The notes under the pieces are model-generated. The model had not been told where the DNA came from. It made no database searches and saw only the letters and a list, made by a program, of their open reading frames with translations. The position numbers and the translations under genes are program-made. Shown here piece after piece: positions 48,559 through 60,664 of a DNA stretch of 64,000 nt (within the stretch, counting starts at the first letter, position 1; every line of letters begins with the position of its first letter). The stretch comes from Lama guanicoe. Its lineage: Eukaryota. The stretch spans positions 6,063,078 to 6,127,077 of the forward strand of contig MU054001.1 of NCBI GenBank assembly GCA_013239625.1, written 5' to 3'.

Positions 48559-49047
48559 TTTTTTTTAATTGAAGTATAGTCAGTTACAATGTGTTAATTT
48601 CTGATGCACAGCACAACAGCCCAGTCAGGCATATACATACATATATTCATTTTCATATTCTTTTTCATTAAAGGTTATTACAAGATATTGAATATAATTC
48701 CCTGTGCTATACAGAATAAATTTGTGTTTTTTAAATCTGTTTTTATGTATAGTGGCTAACATTTGCAAATCTCCCAATTTATCCCTTCCCACCCACTTTC
48801 CCCCGGTAACCATAAGATTGTTTACTATGTCTGTGAGTCTGTTTCTCTTTTGTAGATGAGTTCATTAGTGTCCTCTTTTTTTCTTTTAGATTCCACATAA
48901 GAGTGACATCATATGATATTTTTCTTTCTCTTTCTGGCTTATTTTACTTAGAATGACCATCTCTAGGTCCATCCATGTTGCTGCAAATGGCATTTTTTAT
49001 GGCAGAGTAGTATTCCATTATATAAATATACCACAACTTCTTTATCC
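48559..49047 (-). mobile_element. 5'-truncated LINE-1 3' end
   Basis: Poly(T) then AATTGAAGTATAGTCAG...CCATGTTGCTGCAAATGGC; TSD AGCATTG(T/A)GT at 48549-48558 and 49048-49057. Confidence 0.9.
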
Positions 49048-50149
49048 AGCATTGAGTCAGCTTAATTTATAAGTGAAGAAACTTCATCAGAAAAGCTAAG
49101 TGGCTTATCTGACATCATTCAGTGTCTGAACACCATTTAGAGGGCAGGACCCCTTGAGCCTTCTCTAAGCAGGTTGGGCCCCTTCCAAAGTCAAGGAGTT
49201 GACCTTTCTATAGGTTACAAGTAATGTTTTGTCCATTAATACTATCTATGAGATGGAAATTTCTGGACTCCAAGATACCCAGGACATTCAGTGGATTATT
49301 CTGCTGCCCCTTTCTCTGCTCATTATACAACTTTCAGTCACCAACAGCAGTTGCAGCCCTCTGAGATTTCTCCCCTTTTCCCCATATGTCCAAACAGCTG
49401 ACCCCGGCATAAAGGCATGGGTGGTCATGGAAACAGACCTTTGCTCACAGTCAAGTATCTGCTACAAAGAAGGGGCGGCACGCTGAGCTCTCTCACGATC
49501 CCTTTCAAGGGAGAAATGACGGCTGTGGGGAGGGGCCATCAGTCCAGTGGTGACACCCTGTGAGGGGACATGTCACCGTAACCTGGCTATGCTGCAGCCC
49601 CTGGTACTCTAGGGGCCTCCAGCTTAAGATTTAAACTGTCTTAATGGAGAAGCCCAGATCCATAGATACTAATGTTGAGTGCAGTTCTCAGCATTCATCC
49701 CAAAGGAGTCAAGCCATCAAGAAAACCTGTTCTGCCTTTGTAAATTAAATGGAATGCTTAATGGTACACATGAGGAAAATACAAAACACATAAATAGCTC
49801 TTTCAGGTTTAACAAGCTGAAGACTTAGCTGAATGTTTTTTGCAACTTGACAATCAGAAGTGACATCCACACAATAGAGTGTCACTTTTCTTAGCAGATC
49901 CATTGTTTCTCTGCTAATAAATGCAAGTGTCACATGGAATCCACTTATTGTTTCATTTTCTGCAGCATAGTGTAGAACTAAATCACCAGCACCCCAGCAG
50001 ACCTCTAACATGCTCCCCCAGGATGAAATTGAGTCTCTACAGAAAGATGCATGCTGAGCTTACTGAATCCATTTTCTCCCCGGGAGGACACAGAGGGAGA
50101 GAGAAGAGTCACTTAGCGACAGCCATGACCAGCACATCCATGCCTGTTT

Positions 50150-51720
50150 GTTTTGATCAATGCTATTGAGGTATAATGTACACTCGAAAGATGGCATCTA
50201 TTTTAAGAACTGAGGTCAATAACTCCGACAAATGTATATTTGCCAAATATACATCTAACCACACAATCAGGATATAGTTCATTGACATCACCCCGGAAAG
50301 TTCCCTTCTACCTCTTTGCAGTTAACCCTTTGAAAGCCACAGCCCCAGAAAGTCATGGACTTGTATCTATTGCTATAAATTAGATTTCCCTCTTTAGATA
50401 TAAGTTTCATATAAATGAAACCATATCACACATATTCTTTTGCATTTGTTTTTTTTTTTTCCACTTGGCATAATGTCTATGAAGCTGACTCCTTTTTTGT
50501 TGCTGAGTGTTGTTCCTCTGTAATGTGGATATATCACAATTTGTTTACCCATTCAGTGGATGATGAACATTCCAGTTTGGGCTATTATAAATAAAGCTAC
50601 TGAGCATTTCCCTCTTTAAGGGGAAATTAGGTTTTTATTTCTCTTGGGTAGTTAGTTTTCTGACTGGGGAATCACTAGGTCATACTGTAAGTGCATGTTT
50701 AACTTTACAGAATATCGCTCAGCTGGTTTTCAATGCGTTTGCACTACTCTGTTGTTCTGTATCCTCACTAATCCTGGGGGTTTTCATTCTTTTTAACACC
50801 TTCTAGTGAATGTGAAGAGGTATATCCTGTAGATTTAATTTGCATTTCCCTGAAGACTAATGATATTGAGCATATTTTTATGTGGTTATTGGTCATTCCT
50901 ATATAGGGTTCATTCAAATATTTTGCCTTTTTTTTTTTTCGGTCATGTCTCCTTATTACTGAATTGCAAGGATAGATGAAGAATGTCACCTGCCGTATCA
51001 GTAAACAAAGGATGTTGTGGCCATCAAGCCATCAACCAATGCAGCCACCCTCCCCTACAACAGCGCACTTTGAGGGGATTTAGGATGGAGAAAAACAGGA
51101 TATTGACCCTAGATAGTTAAGGTGCATATCAAAGGAATGATTTCAATGAGCCCAGATTCTTGCATCTTCCGATGCATAGAAAGGCGCTAAATTCATTAAC
51201 CTGTGATGTCTGGTTTTCTTTAATTAACATCTTTTGATGTTCAACTATCTGTTTTTTGTTTGTTTGTTTGTTTGAACTCCTATATATCCTGGCTCCTCCT
51301 TTACCTCTTCAGAGCAGCCCCTCAGAGCTATCTGAGAGGCCATGTCCCAGGCTTAAGTCCTCAGCAAGTCCACCAAATAAAACATAATTCACAACTTACA
51401 GGTTTTGCATTTTTTTTTCAGGCAACATGAGAATTGCTTACATATTCTGAATGCAACTGCTTTGCCAAATATATTTTACATATATTTTCTCTTGATGTGT
51501 GAGTTGTCTTAATTCCTAAGGGAATTTTCTTTTTTGAAGAACAGACATTTTTAACTTTTGATGAAGTCCAGTTTGTGAGGTTTTAAAAAATAGTTTGTGT
51601 AAAAGCATAACATATATAAGAAATCTTTGTCTATTTCAAGTTATGAAGAGTTTCCCCTACGTTTTCTTCTAGAATTTTTATAGTTTTAACTTTTATGTTT
51701 AAGTCTATGATCCGTTTAAA
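50150..51720 (-). mobile_element. Old L1M(D/E)-like 3' region interrupted by an LTR
   Basis: TTTAATTTGCATTTCCCTGAAGACTAATGATATTGAGCAT and TTTTCTTCTAGAATTTTTATAGTTTTA minus-strand ORF2 relics. Confidence 0.75.
50971..51427 (+). mobile_element. Cetartiodactyl ERV1-type solo LTR
   Basis: TATA-like CCTATATAT (~51279), AATAAA (~51376), CA end; host L1 is colinear on both sides. Confidence 0.7.
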
Positions 51721-51721
51721 A

Positions 51722-52335
51722 AACACTTGGTAGTTTCTTATAAATTTAAACACACACTTTCCATATAACCTAGAAATTCCACTCTGAGGTATTTATTCAA
51801 TAATAATAAAAATAAATGCCACAGAAAATCTTGAATACAAATATTCATAGCAGCTTTATTCATAAGAGCCAAAAACTATAAACAGCCCAAATATCCATCA
51901 ATAATTAATAAATAAACTATTTATATATCTTCATTCATACATATGTAATTATATATATATTCTGCAATATAAAGGAACAAATTACATGTTCAAAATTACT
52001 TTTGAACAAAACACAACATTGAAAAATCTCACAGATATTAGGCTAAGTAAAAGAAACCAGACACAGAAGAGCATATACTACATTACTCCATTTCTGTGAA
52101 ATTCTAGAGAAGGTAAAAATAACCTTGAGTGATAGATATCAGATCAGTGGTGGTAGGTTGGTGGTTAGGATTTGGGCAGAAGGAGTTTGGGAAGAGGTAT
52201 AAGGAAACTTTGGGGGAGATGGAAATGTCCTAAATTTTAATTGGGTTGGTGGCTACATTTGTCAGAAGTCATTGATTTGTACACTTAAAATGTGTGAATT
52301 TTATTGTATAAAATTATACCTCAATAACATTGACT
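51722..52335 (+). mobile_element. Old L1M(D/E)-like 3' end
   Basis: ATATTCATAGCAGCTTTATTCATAAGAGCCAAAAAC...GTACACTTAAAATGTGTGAATTTTATTGTATAAATTATACCTCAATAA. Confidence 0.8.
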
Positions 52336-52364
52336 TAAATTTGACACTTACTAAATTCTGTGAT

Positions 52365-52885
52365 TGTATTAGTCAACGGTTCTCTGGAGAAACAGAACAA
52401 ATAGGCTATTTAAAGAGAGATAAGCATAAGAAGAGATTTCATTCAAGAGTTGTCTCATGTGGTCCTGGAGGATGAGAAGTCCCATGACCTGCCATCTGCA
52501 AGCTAGAGACCCAGGAAAGCTGGTGGGGTAATTCGGTCAGAGTCCTGAGTTCTGAGAACTGGGGAGCAGATGGTATAAGAACTGCTCTGAGTCTGAAGGC
52601 CTGGAAACAAGTGAGCAGAAGTCTAAGAACAGAAGATAGATGTCTCAGCTCAAGCGGAGAAAGAGGAGAATATATCTTCTTTCACTTCCTTATCCTATTC
52701 AGGTCCTCATCGGACAGGCTAAGTTGCACCCACACTGGGGAGGGCATTCTGCTCTATTTAATTCATCAACTCAAATGCTAACGTCTTCTGGAAACACCCT
52801 CAGAGACACACCCAGAAATAGGGTTTTACCAGTTACAGAGCACCCCTTAGACCAGTCAAGTTAATACATAAAATTAACCATCACA
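52365..52885 (-). mobile_element. MLT2 (ERVL) solo LTR
   Basis: TGTATTAGTCAACGGTTCTCTGGAGAAACAGAAC start and CATAAAATTAACCATCACA end, both typical of MLT2. Confidence 0.9.
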
Positions 52886-53341
52886 ATAATTATCTACTCT
52901 CTAGGGTGAATACTGTTTAACATGGATTCCTTATTAGATCTCAAGCTCCATGAGACCAAGAGCATGGCTGCTTTGCTCACCACTCAATCCCCAGTGCCTG
53001 TGAAGTAACCAGCAAACGGAAGATATTCAACAAACATGTGCTAGAGGCAGGAAAGAGGAGGAACTTACAGTCTTATTCAGGAGAAACAATGCAGGGAATT
53101 AAATAACCAAGTGTAAAGTTGAATTCACCAAGTAAAAAAGCAACATGAGCTCAGGGAGAGGAGAAATAAATCTGTATGTTCTAGAGCAATTGAAGAAGAC
53201 ACTGAAATAAGTGAGTTTTTAAAAGTAATAGATTTGAAGAATAGGAGAATAGGAGAGATGGAATTCCTGGCGGAGAAAACCTCTCAAATAAAGACATGGA
53301 AGTAAATGTGTGATAAATGAGGAGGGAGCAAATTGTCATCT

Positions 53342-53980
53342 TGAGACAGGAAGGGGCCAGGGCACAGCCATTCAAAGAATGATACAGCAATTAACATCAA
53401 AACGGTGGAAGATTCAACCCCCAGTAGGCCTCGAGGCTCAAGATGGTGGGAGATTTGAGTTTCGCAGAGCTTGAGCTTCATTCTATGCTCACTGTAATAC
53501 ATTAACATGGTGAATAACGCCCACAGGCACCGTGACAGTCCCAAGGCTAGCCACAAAAGGTCAAAGAGTGGGAAGTGGCCAACTTCCTGGGAATCCCAGC
53601 CCCCTCCCCAGGCTAGTTAGACTGGTCCTTCCACTTATAACCATATGAAGCCACCAAGCCCATAAACACTGGCAACACAGTGCCTCGAGGCTGCTGCCTC
53701 TCTCTCTCTCACCTCCCCGTTTAAGGCCTGCACTTTGTCTGTGGAGTGTGTGCCTACTTTTACTCTAATCAGAGCACCCAACCCCCTTACTTCATGCCCT
53801 TTCTCTTGCCTTTTGATGTATCTCTCTAAATAAATCTACCTTTACTCAACTGTGGCTCACTCTTGAATTCTTTCCTGCATGAAGCCAAGAACACACACTT
53901 GGCAGGGGCACATCCCAGGGGCTCAGCAGAAGCCTGGGACATGGTCCTCTTCACACCCCACATCCATTTTTCCTGCGTCA
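53342..53980 (+). mobile_element. MER41-like ERV1 solo LTR, copy 1
   Basis: TG...CA ends; CAAGATGG, CCCACAGGCACCGTGACAGT, TTCCTGGGAA, AATAAA, GAATTCTTTCC...GCCAAG; 4-bp TSD ATCT/ATGT. Confidence 0.8.
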
Positions 53981-54101
53981 ATGTCACTCTCAAAGTTAGC
54001 AGATGAAGAGATCCCTCCCACCACACTACCCTCACCCCTAATCCAGACCGCTGTCCTTCTCTGCCAGCCTATGACGTACAACCCTCCTGGGCCACTGCTG
54101 T

Positions 54102-54648
54102 TGAGACAGGAGGGAAGAGGGCAGGGCACAGTCATTAAAGAAATGACACAGCAATTAGCACCAAGTCAACAGAAAAGTCAACTCCCAATAGACCCTGAGG
54201 CCCAAGATGGTGAGAGATTCGGCCTCCAGTGCTTCACTATACACTTTGTAATGCACTGGCCTGGTGAATGGCACTCCCACAGGCGCCATAACAGTTCTGA
54301 GGCTAACCGTCAAAGGTCAAAGAGATGGTGGTGGCCCAGTTCCTGGGAATCCCCAACCCTTCCCCAAAGCAGTTGGAATAATCCTCTCATGCGTTAGCAT
54401 ACAAAAACTAGCAGCACCACACCTCATAGTCGAGCGCTCTCTCTCTTTTGCTTTCTGAGATGGCCCCCACTCTGTCTATGGAGTGTACCCCTCTCCTAAG
54501 AAGTCTGCTTTTACTCAACTGTGGCTCACTCTTGAATTCTTTCCTGTGTGAAGCCAAGGCACTTCTCTTGGCAGGGCCCATCCCAAGGACTCAACTGAAA
54601 CCTGGGACACGGTCATCCCCCTTACGCACCCCATTTTTCCCCTTATTA
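54102..54648 (+). mobile_element. MER41-like ERV1 solo LTR, copy 2 (different subfamily)
   Basis: CACTCCCACAGGCGCCATAACAGTT, GAATAATCC and CTCTGTCTATGGAGT resemble MER41; perfect TSD CTGT (54098-54101, 54649-54652). Confidence 0.8.
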
Positions 54649-55667
54649 CTGTGACAGAACATCCCACCCATGCTTCGAGGGGGACGACCTTGAACCTCCT
54701 CACTGCTGCTCTGTGAGGCCCTGGAGCTCAGTGGAGGTCCCAGGCCTGGGGCTCCCAGTAAACAGGTTTCCCAGCGTCATGTACACCAGAGACAGCAAAT
54801 TACAAGCTGAAAATTCATTACATTTGTGAAAAACCTGAATTTATTTAGATGAAAGCAGATGGAGAGGATGGATAACCTCGTTACATTTCAGCACACTACA
54901 CTTTATTCCGAAGAAATGCAACATAATCCATCACGCATTCCTTTCTTTCCATCTGCTTCCCTTTCCCTAAGTTCAGGTTATTATTAATGTAATGAATTCA
55001 GTCCACCTCCCTCTCAATTCCATTAGCTTGTACTTCTAATTAAGTGTTGCTCACATTGTCCTTTCTCACTGCTCAGAAACTCTTTCAATGTAGCAATTTA
55101 CCCCAAATCTCAAATCATTTCTACAGGTGAACTGCTACCAAGCATATAAAATGTCTTAATCAAATTACAGATTTTTTTCTCAAATATTAAGGGGTTATCT
55201 AGGCCTTTCTGTTCCCCAAACAGGTCTGGCTGACTTGAAGGACAGATTCTTCAGAGGATTGGGACCATGTCTTGACCTGGGTTTGGGGAAGAGGAGGTGA
55301 ATCACCTTCCAGGGATTTCATGGGTCTTGATCTTGCTCAGCTCACTATTGGATGGAACTCTGGTTTTCCCACTTCTTCTCCTGCCACAACCAATGTATTT
55401 TCTCCCCCAAACAAATATAATGCACACAGAAATTCTTTCAAGAAAAGTCCAAGGTTCAAACAGAGTAAAGACAGATGAACAGACAGTAAAACCATGCTTA
55501 GAGGAATGCAGTGACTTAAAGACAAACCCCAGCGACCCCTATTCTCAAGTCCACATTCAAATAGTTTAAGATTTCTCACATTTCTGTTCCCCACCAAGGA
55601 AGACTGTATGTGTGGCATCGTCACCAAATGCTCTGGTCTCGGGAGTCAGGCATTTTCCAGACCCCAC

Positions 55668-56331
55668 TGAGACAGGAAGCGGGCAGGGCACAGCCATTCA
55701 AGGAATAACACAGCAATTAACACCAGAATGGTGAAAGATTCAACCCCTAGTAGACCTTGAGGCTCAAGATGGTGGGAGATTTGACTTTAGCAGAACTTGA
55801 GCTCCATTATATGCTCATTGTAACATATTAGCATGGTAAATAACATGCCCACAGGCGCCATGATAGTCCCAGGGCTAACCACAAAAGGTCAAAGTGGGAA
55901 ATGGCCAACTTCCTGGGAATCTCAGCCCCTTCCCCAGGTCGGTTAGACTGGTCTTTCCACTAATTAACATATGAAGCTACTGAGCCCATGAAAATTGGCA
56001 ACACGGCACCTCGTGGCAGCCTCTCTCTCTCCCACCTCTTCGGAGACGGCCCACACTGTGTCTGTGGAGTGTGTACCTACTTTTACTCTAATCTGAGCAT
56101 CCAAACCCCACACCTCGTGGCCTTTCTCTTGCCTTTTAAAATAGCCTACACTCTAGGTAGTATGTATCTCTCTAAATAAATCTACCTTTACTCAACTGTG
56201 GCTCACTCTTGAATTCTTTCCTGCTCAAAGCCAAGGACCCACACCTGGTGGGGCACGTCCCAGGGCACCACCAAGACCTGGGACACACCCCATATGCCTC
56301 CTCACGCTCCACATCCATTTTTCCTGCATCA
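55668..56331 (+). mobile_element. MER41-like ERV1 solo LTR, copy 3
   Basis: Colinear with and closely similar to copy 1; TG...CA ends; flanks CCAC/GTAA do not form a TSD. Confidence 0.8.
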
Positions 56332-56518
56332 GTAACAGTCATTTGTTTCTGCATTCTTCTGTTCCCCTAAGATCATTAATTACTGAAACCGGATCAGTGG
56401 CAAGCACTGTGGCCAGGCTTAGATCACAACATGGCTTAGAGTAAAAAGTGGCTTCTCATGTCAAGCAAGCCATGCCTGGTTCTTTTTCTCCCAGGATCCC
56501 CTACCCTACCTGCTTACA
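56332..56518 (-). mobile_element. 5' fragment of a different ERV1-type LTR
   Basis: Minus strand starts TGTAAGCAGGTAGGGTAGGGGATCC...GAACCAGGCATGGCTTGCTTGACATG and stops abruptly at the end of MER41-like copy 3. Confidence 0.6.
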
Positions 56519-58029
56519 AAACCACAGCAACTTACAGCAAACATTAAAGAGACCAGTATTTCTTTCTGGGGCCTGCTGTCCCTCTGATGGGGTTATCATG
56601 TCATAGTGATTCTCCTCCTGGCAACCAAATTGCAAAGGAAGTTGCTCCCCATTCCCTTATATCAACCCTCCTGGAGGTAATTTATGGTTATGTGGTCAGA
56701 ACTGCCTTCTTGGGGCATTGCATTTCTTAGGCTGACAACACTGGGTGAGGTTGGTCTTCTTTTTCTTCTTCTTCTAAAGCTTGAAGCATGGATCAGGGAA
56801 GTCTGCTCTTCGTATTCTAAAAATCAGCAAGTAAGATTCGGCCCCTCTCTTCAGGAAGCTAGGACCGGATTGCAGAGAAGCTGACCAGGCCTCTAGCCTT
56901 TATTTCTAATTGAATCTGGGTCTCCCGGTCACTGACCTCTGAAAGCACCAAGGTGAGGCAGCCCGGACGTTGCCGACTTGATTAACAAGCTTCCTGGAAC
57001 TCTGTAGTTACTAGCTGTCCTGTGCCTTGAGCAAGACCCCTGTCTGACCAGGTGCTGTTTTTCCTCAAAGCAGAGGCACAACAAGCTGGCTGCCTGCTGA
57101 CTTCTGAGGCCAGGGGGCCCTGCAGCCAGTGGACACCCTTTGACAGCTTCCAGAACAAACCCACGTAAACCACTGGCAGTGGGACTGGGGAGCGAGATTT
57201 TTTTTACGACTCTGCTCCTGGGCTTTTAGAAGAGAGCACATTTCCCCAAACTTAAATCTTCTAAATTGCAGTTGCCTCCTTTAAAGGGTGAGCTGACCCA
57301 ATGTCCTTGCTGGTCCAAGAAACTTCTTCCGAATGCAGTGGAAAAATTAACACCTTCCTTTACAGACACTAAATGATAGAGGCCACCCGTAGGTCAGAAC
57401 ACTGGCTCAAATCAAATTGTTGAGGGAGTTTGAATCTCTTTTTATAGGTAGAAAAATTGCCAAACGTCAGTCCCTTTTACCTCCGCCCTCCGCCTAGGTG
57501 GCTCACTTATCCATCAAGGGGCTGCGAGCTGGTGCCTCCGAACCCTCCAGGATGAACTGCCCTCACCCACCGAGCGGGCATGGTCTGGTCGCTCTGGTCC
57601 AGAACAGCCACGTACCTGCAGAAACATCAACCCCAGAGAAGGTGGGGAGCAGCACCAAGTCAGGACAAAGCGTCACCGTCACCCCCACCAGCGCCTGTGC
57701 CCCCTGCCCCCAGGCTGTGCACTCACGCCGCCCCGTTGCCCAGGCAACAGCGGGTGCGAGCAGCACTGAGTGGTGGAAAGAAAATACCTCTGATCTGGAA
57801 GAGTGTGTGGTCAGGTAGGGATCGGGTACACAGGCTGAGGGAAATGATTTGTGGACATGGAGGACCAAACAGCATGAGATCCAGGGCTCCGGAGTGAGGC
57901 TCTCTAGCTTCGGACCCTGTTTCTACATGATCACTGTGTGCCCTCCATCCGGAAAACCTCGTGGCGTTGTTACAAGGACCACAAATTAGAACAGTGCACT
58001 ATTTGGTACATGCTTAATTTAAAAACTCT

Positions 58030-58490
58030 TATTGAAAAGCTTAATCATCTCACTGCCCTCAACAGCACCCTCTCACAGAGGGGGCAGATACAACCACACC
58101 TCCCAACTGCAGGGCTCACACAACCTCACCCTATTCCTCCCCTGGCTGACTCAGCCGCGGGCACACTGGCTTGTTCCTGCTCAGATACAGAGGACTTCCT
58201 CCTCCCTCAGGCCCCTGCTTGGTTCTTCCATCCAGATTACTCTCACCACCGCACACACCCTGATTTTATTCAATTGTGCCTTTCCTTCATCACTTTATCT
58301 AAAATGAACATGTAACATCCCTGACACTCTAACCCCTTGCCCTGCTTTACCTTTTTGGATAGACTATCCCTACCTGAAGTTATGCCATTTACTTATTTTG
58401 CACCATTCGCTCTAGTATCCTCAGAGCCTAGAAGGGTCTCTGACAAATAACAGGCTCTCAGTAAGTGTTTGTTAGCGAACGAGTGAAAGA
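58030..58490 (+). mobile_element. LINE-2 3' end
   Basis: CTCTAGTATCCTCAGAGCCTAGAAG...CTCAGTAAGTGTTTGTTAGCGAACGAGTGAA. Confidence 0.7.
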
Positions 58491-58531
58491 TACCCAAATA
58501 CCCAACCAGTGCTCGTTTCCTTTATTACTCC

Positions 58532-59002
58532 TGTAGGGGGCGCCTGGTGTCCCTCCAGTTGCGGCCACAGCTGGGCCTACACGCCCATCGCAGCCCTGAC
58601 TTGCCACTTGCTGGCTCTCACCTTAAGCACTTGCAGATTTTCTTTCCGTCCCAGTGGCTTCTCTGATGCCCCGTGATTCCACTGGGTCAGAACGCAAGTG
58701 CCCCTGAGTGCGACATTAGTGCCCCCAGGGGCAACCCACGGCCACAGGAGGCAGGAGCAGTCATTGCTCCCTCCATCCGTGCCCCAGACCCACAACCCTG
58801 GAAGGTGCTCTGCCAGCTTCTCAGAGATGCTGGTGGCATCCAGCCCCAATGCACACAGCAGCGACCTCACTAACACATCCTCAGACTGGCTTTTCCTCAT
58901 CTCCTGTCTTGCCCCTCTTCTCCACTCCATAGGATCAGCTCCCAAATGAAGCACCTGCCCCTAGTCCTTGCCTCAGGCTCTGCCTTGGGGGATCACTTGA
59001 CA
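58532..59002 (+). mobile_element. ERVL LTR16/LTR33-like solo LTR
   Basis: TGTAG start; CTCCCAAATGAAGCACCTGCCCCTAGTCCTTGCCTCAGGCTCTGCCTTGGGGG...GACA end. Confidence 0.65.
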
Positions 59003-59021
59003 CTGAGTCTAAAAGTGGCTT

Positions 59022-59877
59022 GAACATGGAAGCAACCTAAATGTCCATAAGACATTATGGTATATGTGTATAATGGAATACCACTCAGCTATAAAGAAAG
59101 AATAAAATAATGCCATTTGCAGCAACATGGATGGACCTGGAGACCATCATACTAAGTGAAGTAAGTCAGACAGAGAAAGACAAATGTATGACATCACTTA
59201 TATGTGGAATCTTAAAAAAAAAAAGGACACAAATGAACTTATTTACAAAACAAAGACAGACTCACAGGCATAGAAAACAAACTTATGGTTACTAGGGTGG
59301 AAGGGGGAGGGGAGGGATAAATTAGGAGTTCAGGATTTGTAGATACTAACTACTATATAGAAAATAGTCCTGCAAGGACCCACTGTAGAGCACAGGGAAA
59401 TATATTCAATACCTTGTAATGGCCTATAATGAAAAAGACTATGAAAATATTCATATATGAAAATATGATCATATATTTATATGATCATTATGCTGTACAC
59501 TGGAAATTAACACAACGTTGTAAATTGGCTATACTTCAATTTAAAAAAAAAAGTTTTACTTACAGCTAGTTTTACCCTTTCCATTTGGTAAAAGAGTTTT
59601 GATTTGAATGTTTAGTTTCTCAAAGAGTGGATGAAAGATTACCTGCATTAGAATTAGAGTTTTTTAAGAGATGCCACAACACAGATGTAGACAATTAGGA
59701 CTTCTGTGAATTTTGCATTTTATTTAACCAAGCTCCACAGATAATTCTCCTATATAACCAACTTGGCTGAGTTCATTTCTTCTCATTCTTGCTAAATAAT
59801 TACAAAATTTCAAGTTCTGACTTTAACTTCCAATAAATGACCTCGTTCATATTCCAATAAAATAAAATAAAACAAAA
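59022..59877 (+). mobile_element. 5'-truncated LINE-1 with a ~300-bp 3' transduction
   Basis: L1 3' end 59022-59542, A10 tail, non-L1 segment 59553-59855 with AATAAA at 59832-59837, second A-rich tail; perfect TSD TAAAAGTGGCTT at 59010-59021 and 59878-59889. Confidence 0.9.
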
Positions 59878-60664
59878 TAAAAGTGGCTTCGATGGGGAGG
59901 TGGGCATATAGAGCCTGACCATTCTGTGGTAATCAGAGAGGGCTTCCTGGAGGAAGTGAGTGCTCAGTTAAATTTCAGAGGAAAGGAATGTGAATTGGCA
60001 ATTCAAAAAAGCCCTTTAGAGCTGCGGGATTTCAACTTCCAAAGACCTAGCAGCAAAGAGCAGAGGGCAAGTCCACAGGGACCACAGGGTTTCACCCTGG
60101 GAAGATGTTGACCATGGCTGCCAGGTTTCATGCTTTCTGTCTTCAGCCCTTCTTTGTAGAGACAGAATTTATAAGAATGTTTTTGCCTTCCTAATGAAAA
60201 TTTAGCCTGTCAAGTCTTATTAACTGTAATGAGAGAAAAAATAGTCTTGTTTTTTTTTCTGGAGGTAAAAGCAATGATATTAAATGATCCAATTTACCCA
60301 TTTCTAATACCACTCTGGTCACTAATGAAGATGCATCTGTGACATAATGTGTGGTTCACACACAGGGCTGGAGAGCGTGCAGACGGCTCCACGCAATAAT
60401 GAAATATTGGTTGCAAATTACATTTTTGTGAATCAAATGTGGCTCTCCTCTGGATTCACACAATCATCTAAGAGTCATAGTTTCTAATCGGCAGGGCCTC
60501 AGGGGAAAGTTCCCTGGAACCCTACCTCCTCTCACCGCCAGGTAGCTGACAGCCCATAAGGAAAGCGTGCCCAGGGGAGAGAGCCCATCTCAGAGCCGCG
60601 CAGTGGGGGCTTTGGGCGAACAAGAGACTCTTTAGCAGTATGCAGATAATTGTTAAATTTAATA

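Noticed and set aside
49549..49579. Small hairpins GGTGACA...TGTCACC and AAGTGACA...TGTCACTT (49858-49888)
   Set aside because: Stems of 7-8 bp are expected by chance and too short for a pre-miRNA call.
50150..52335. Twin-primed (5'-inverted) single L1
   Set aside because: Both halves contain their own L1 3' end and overlap in L1 coordinates, which fits two independent insertions.
53342..56331. Provirus with paired LTRs, or a CRISPR-like/tandem array
   Set aside because: No PBS, gag or pol between the LTRs; copies 1 and 2 have separate TSDs; spacing is irregular.
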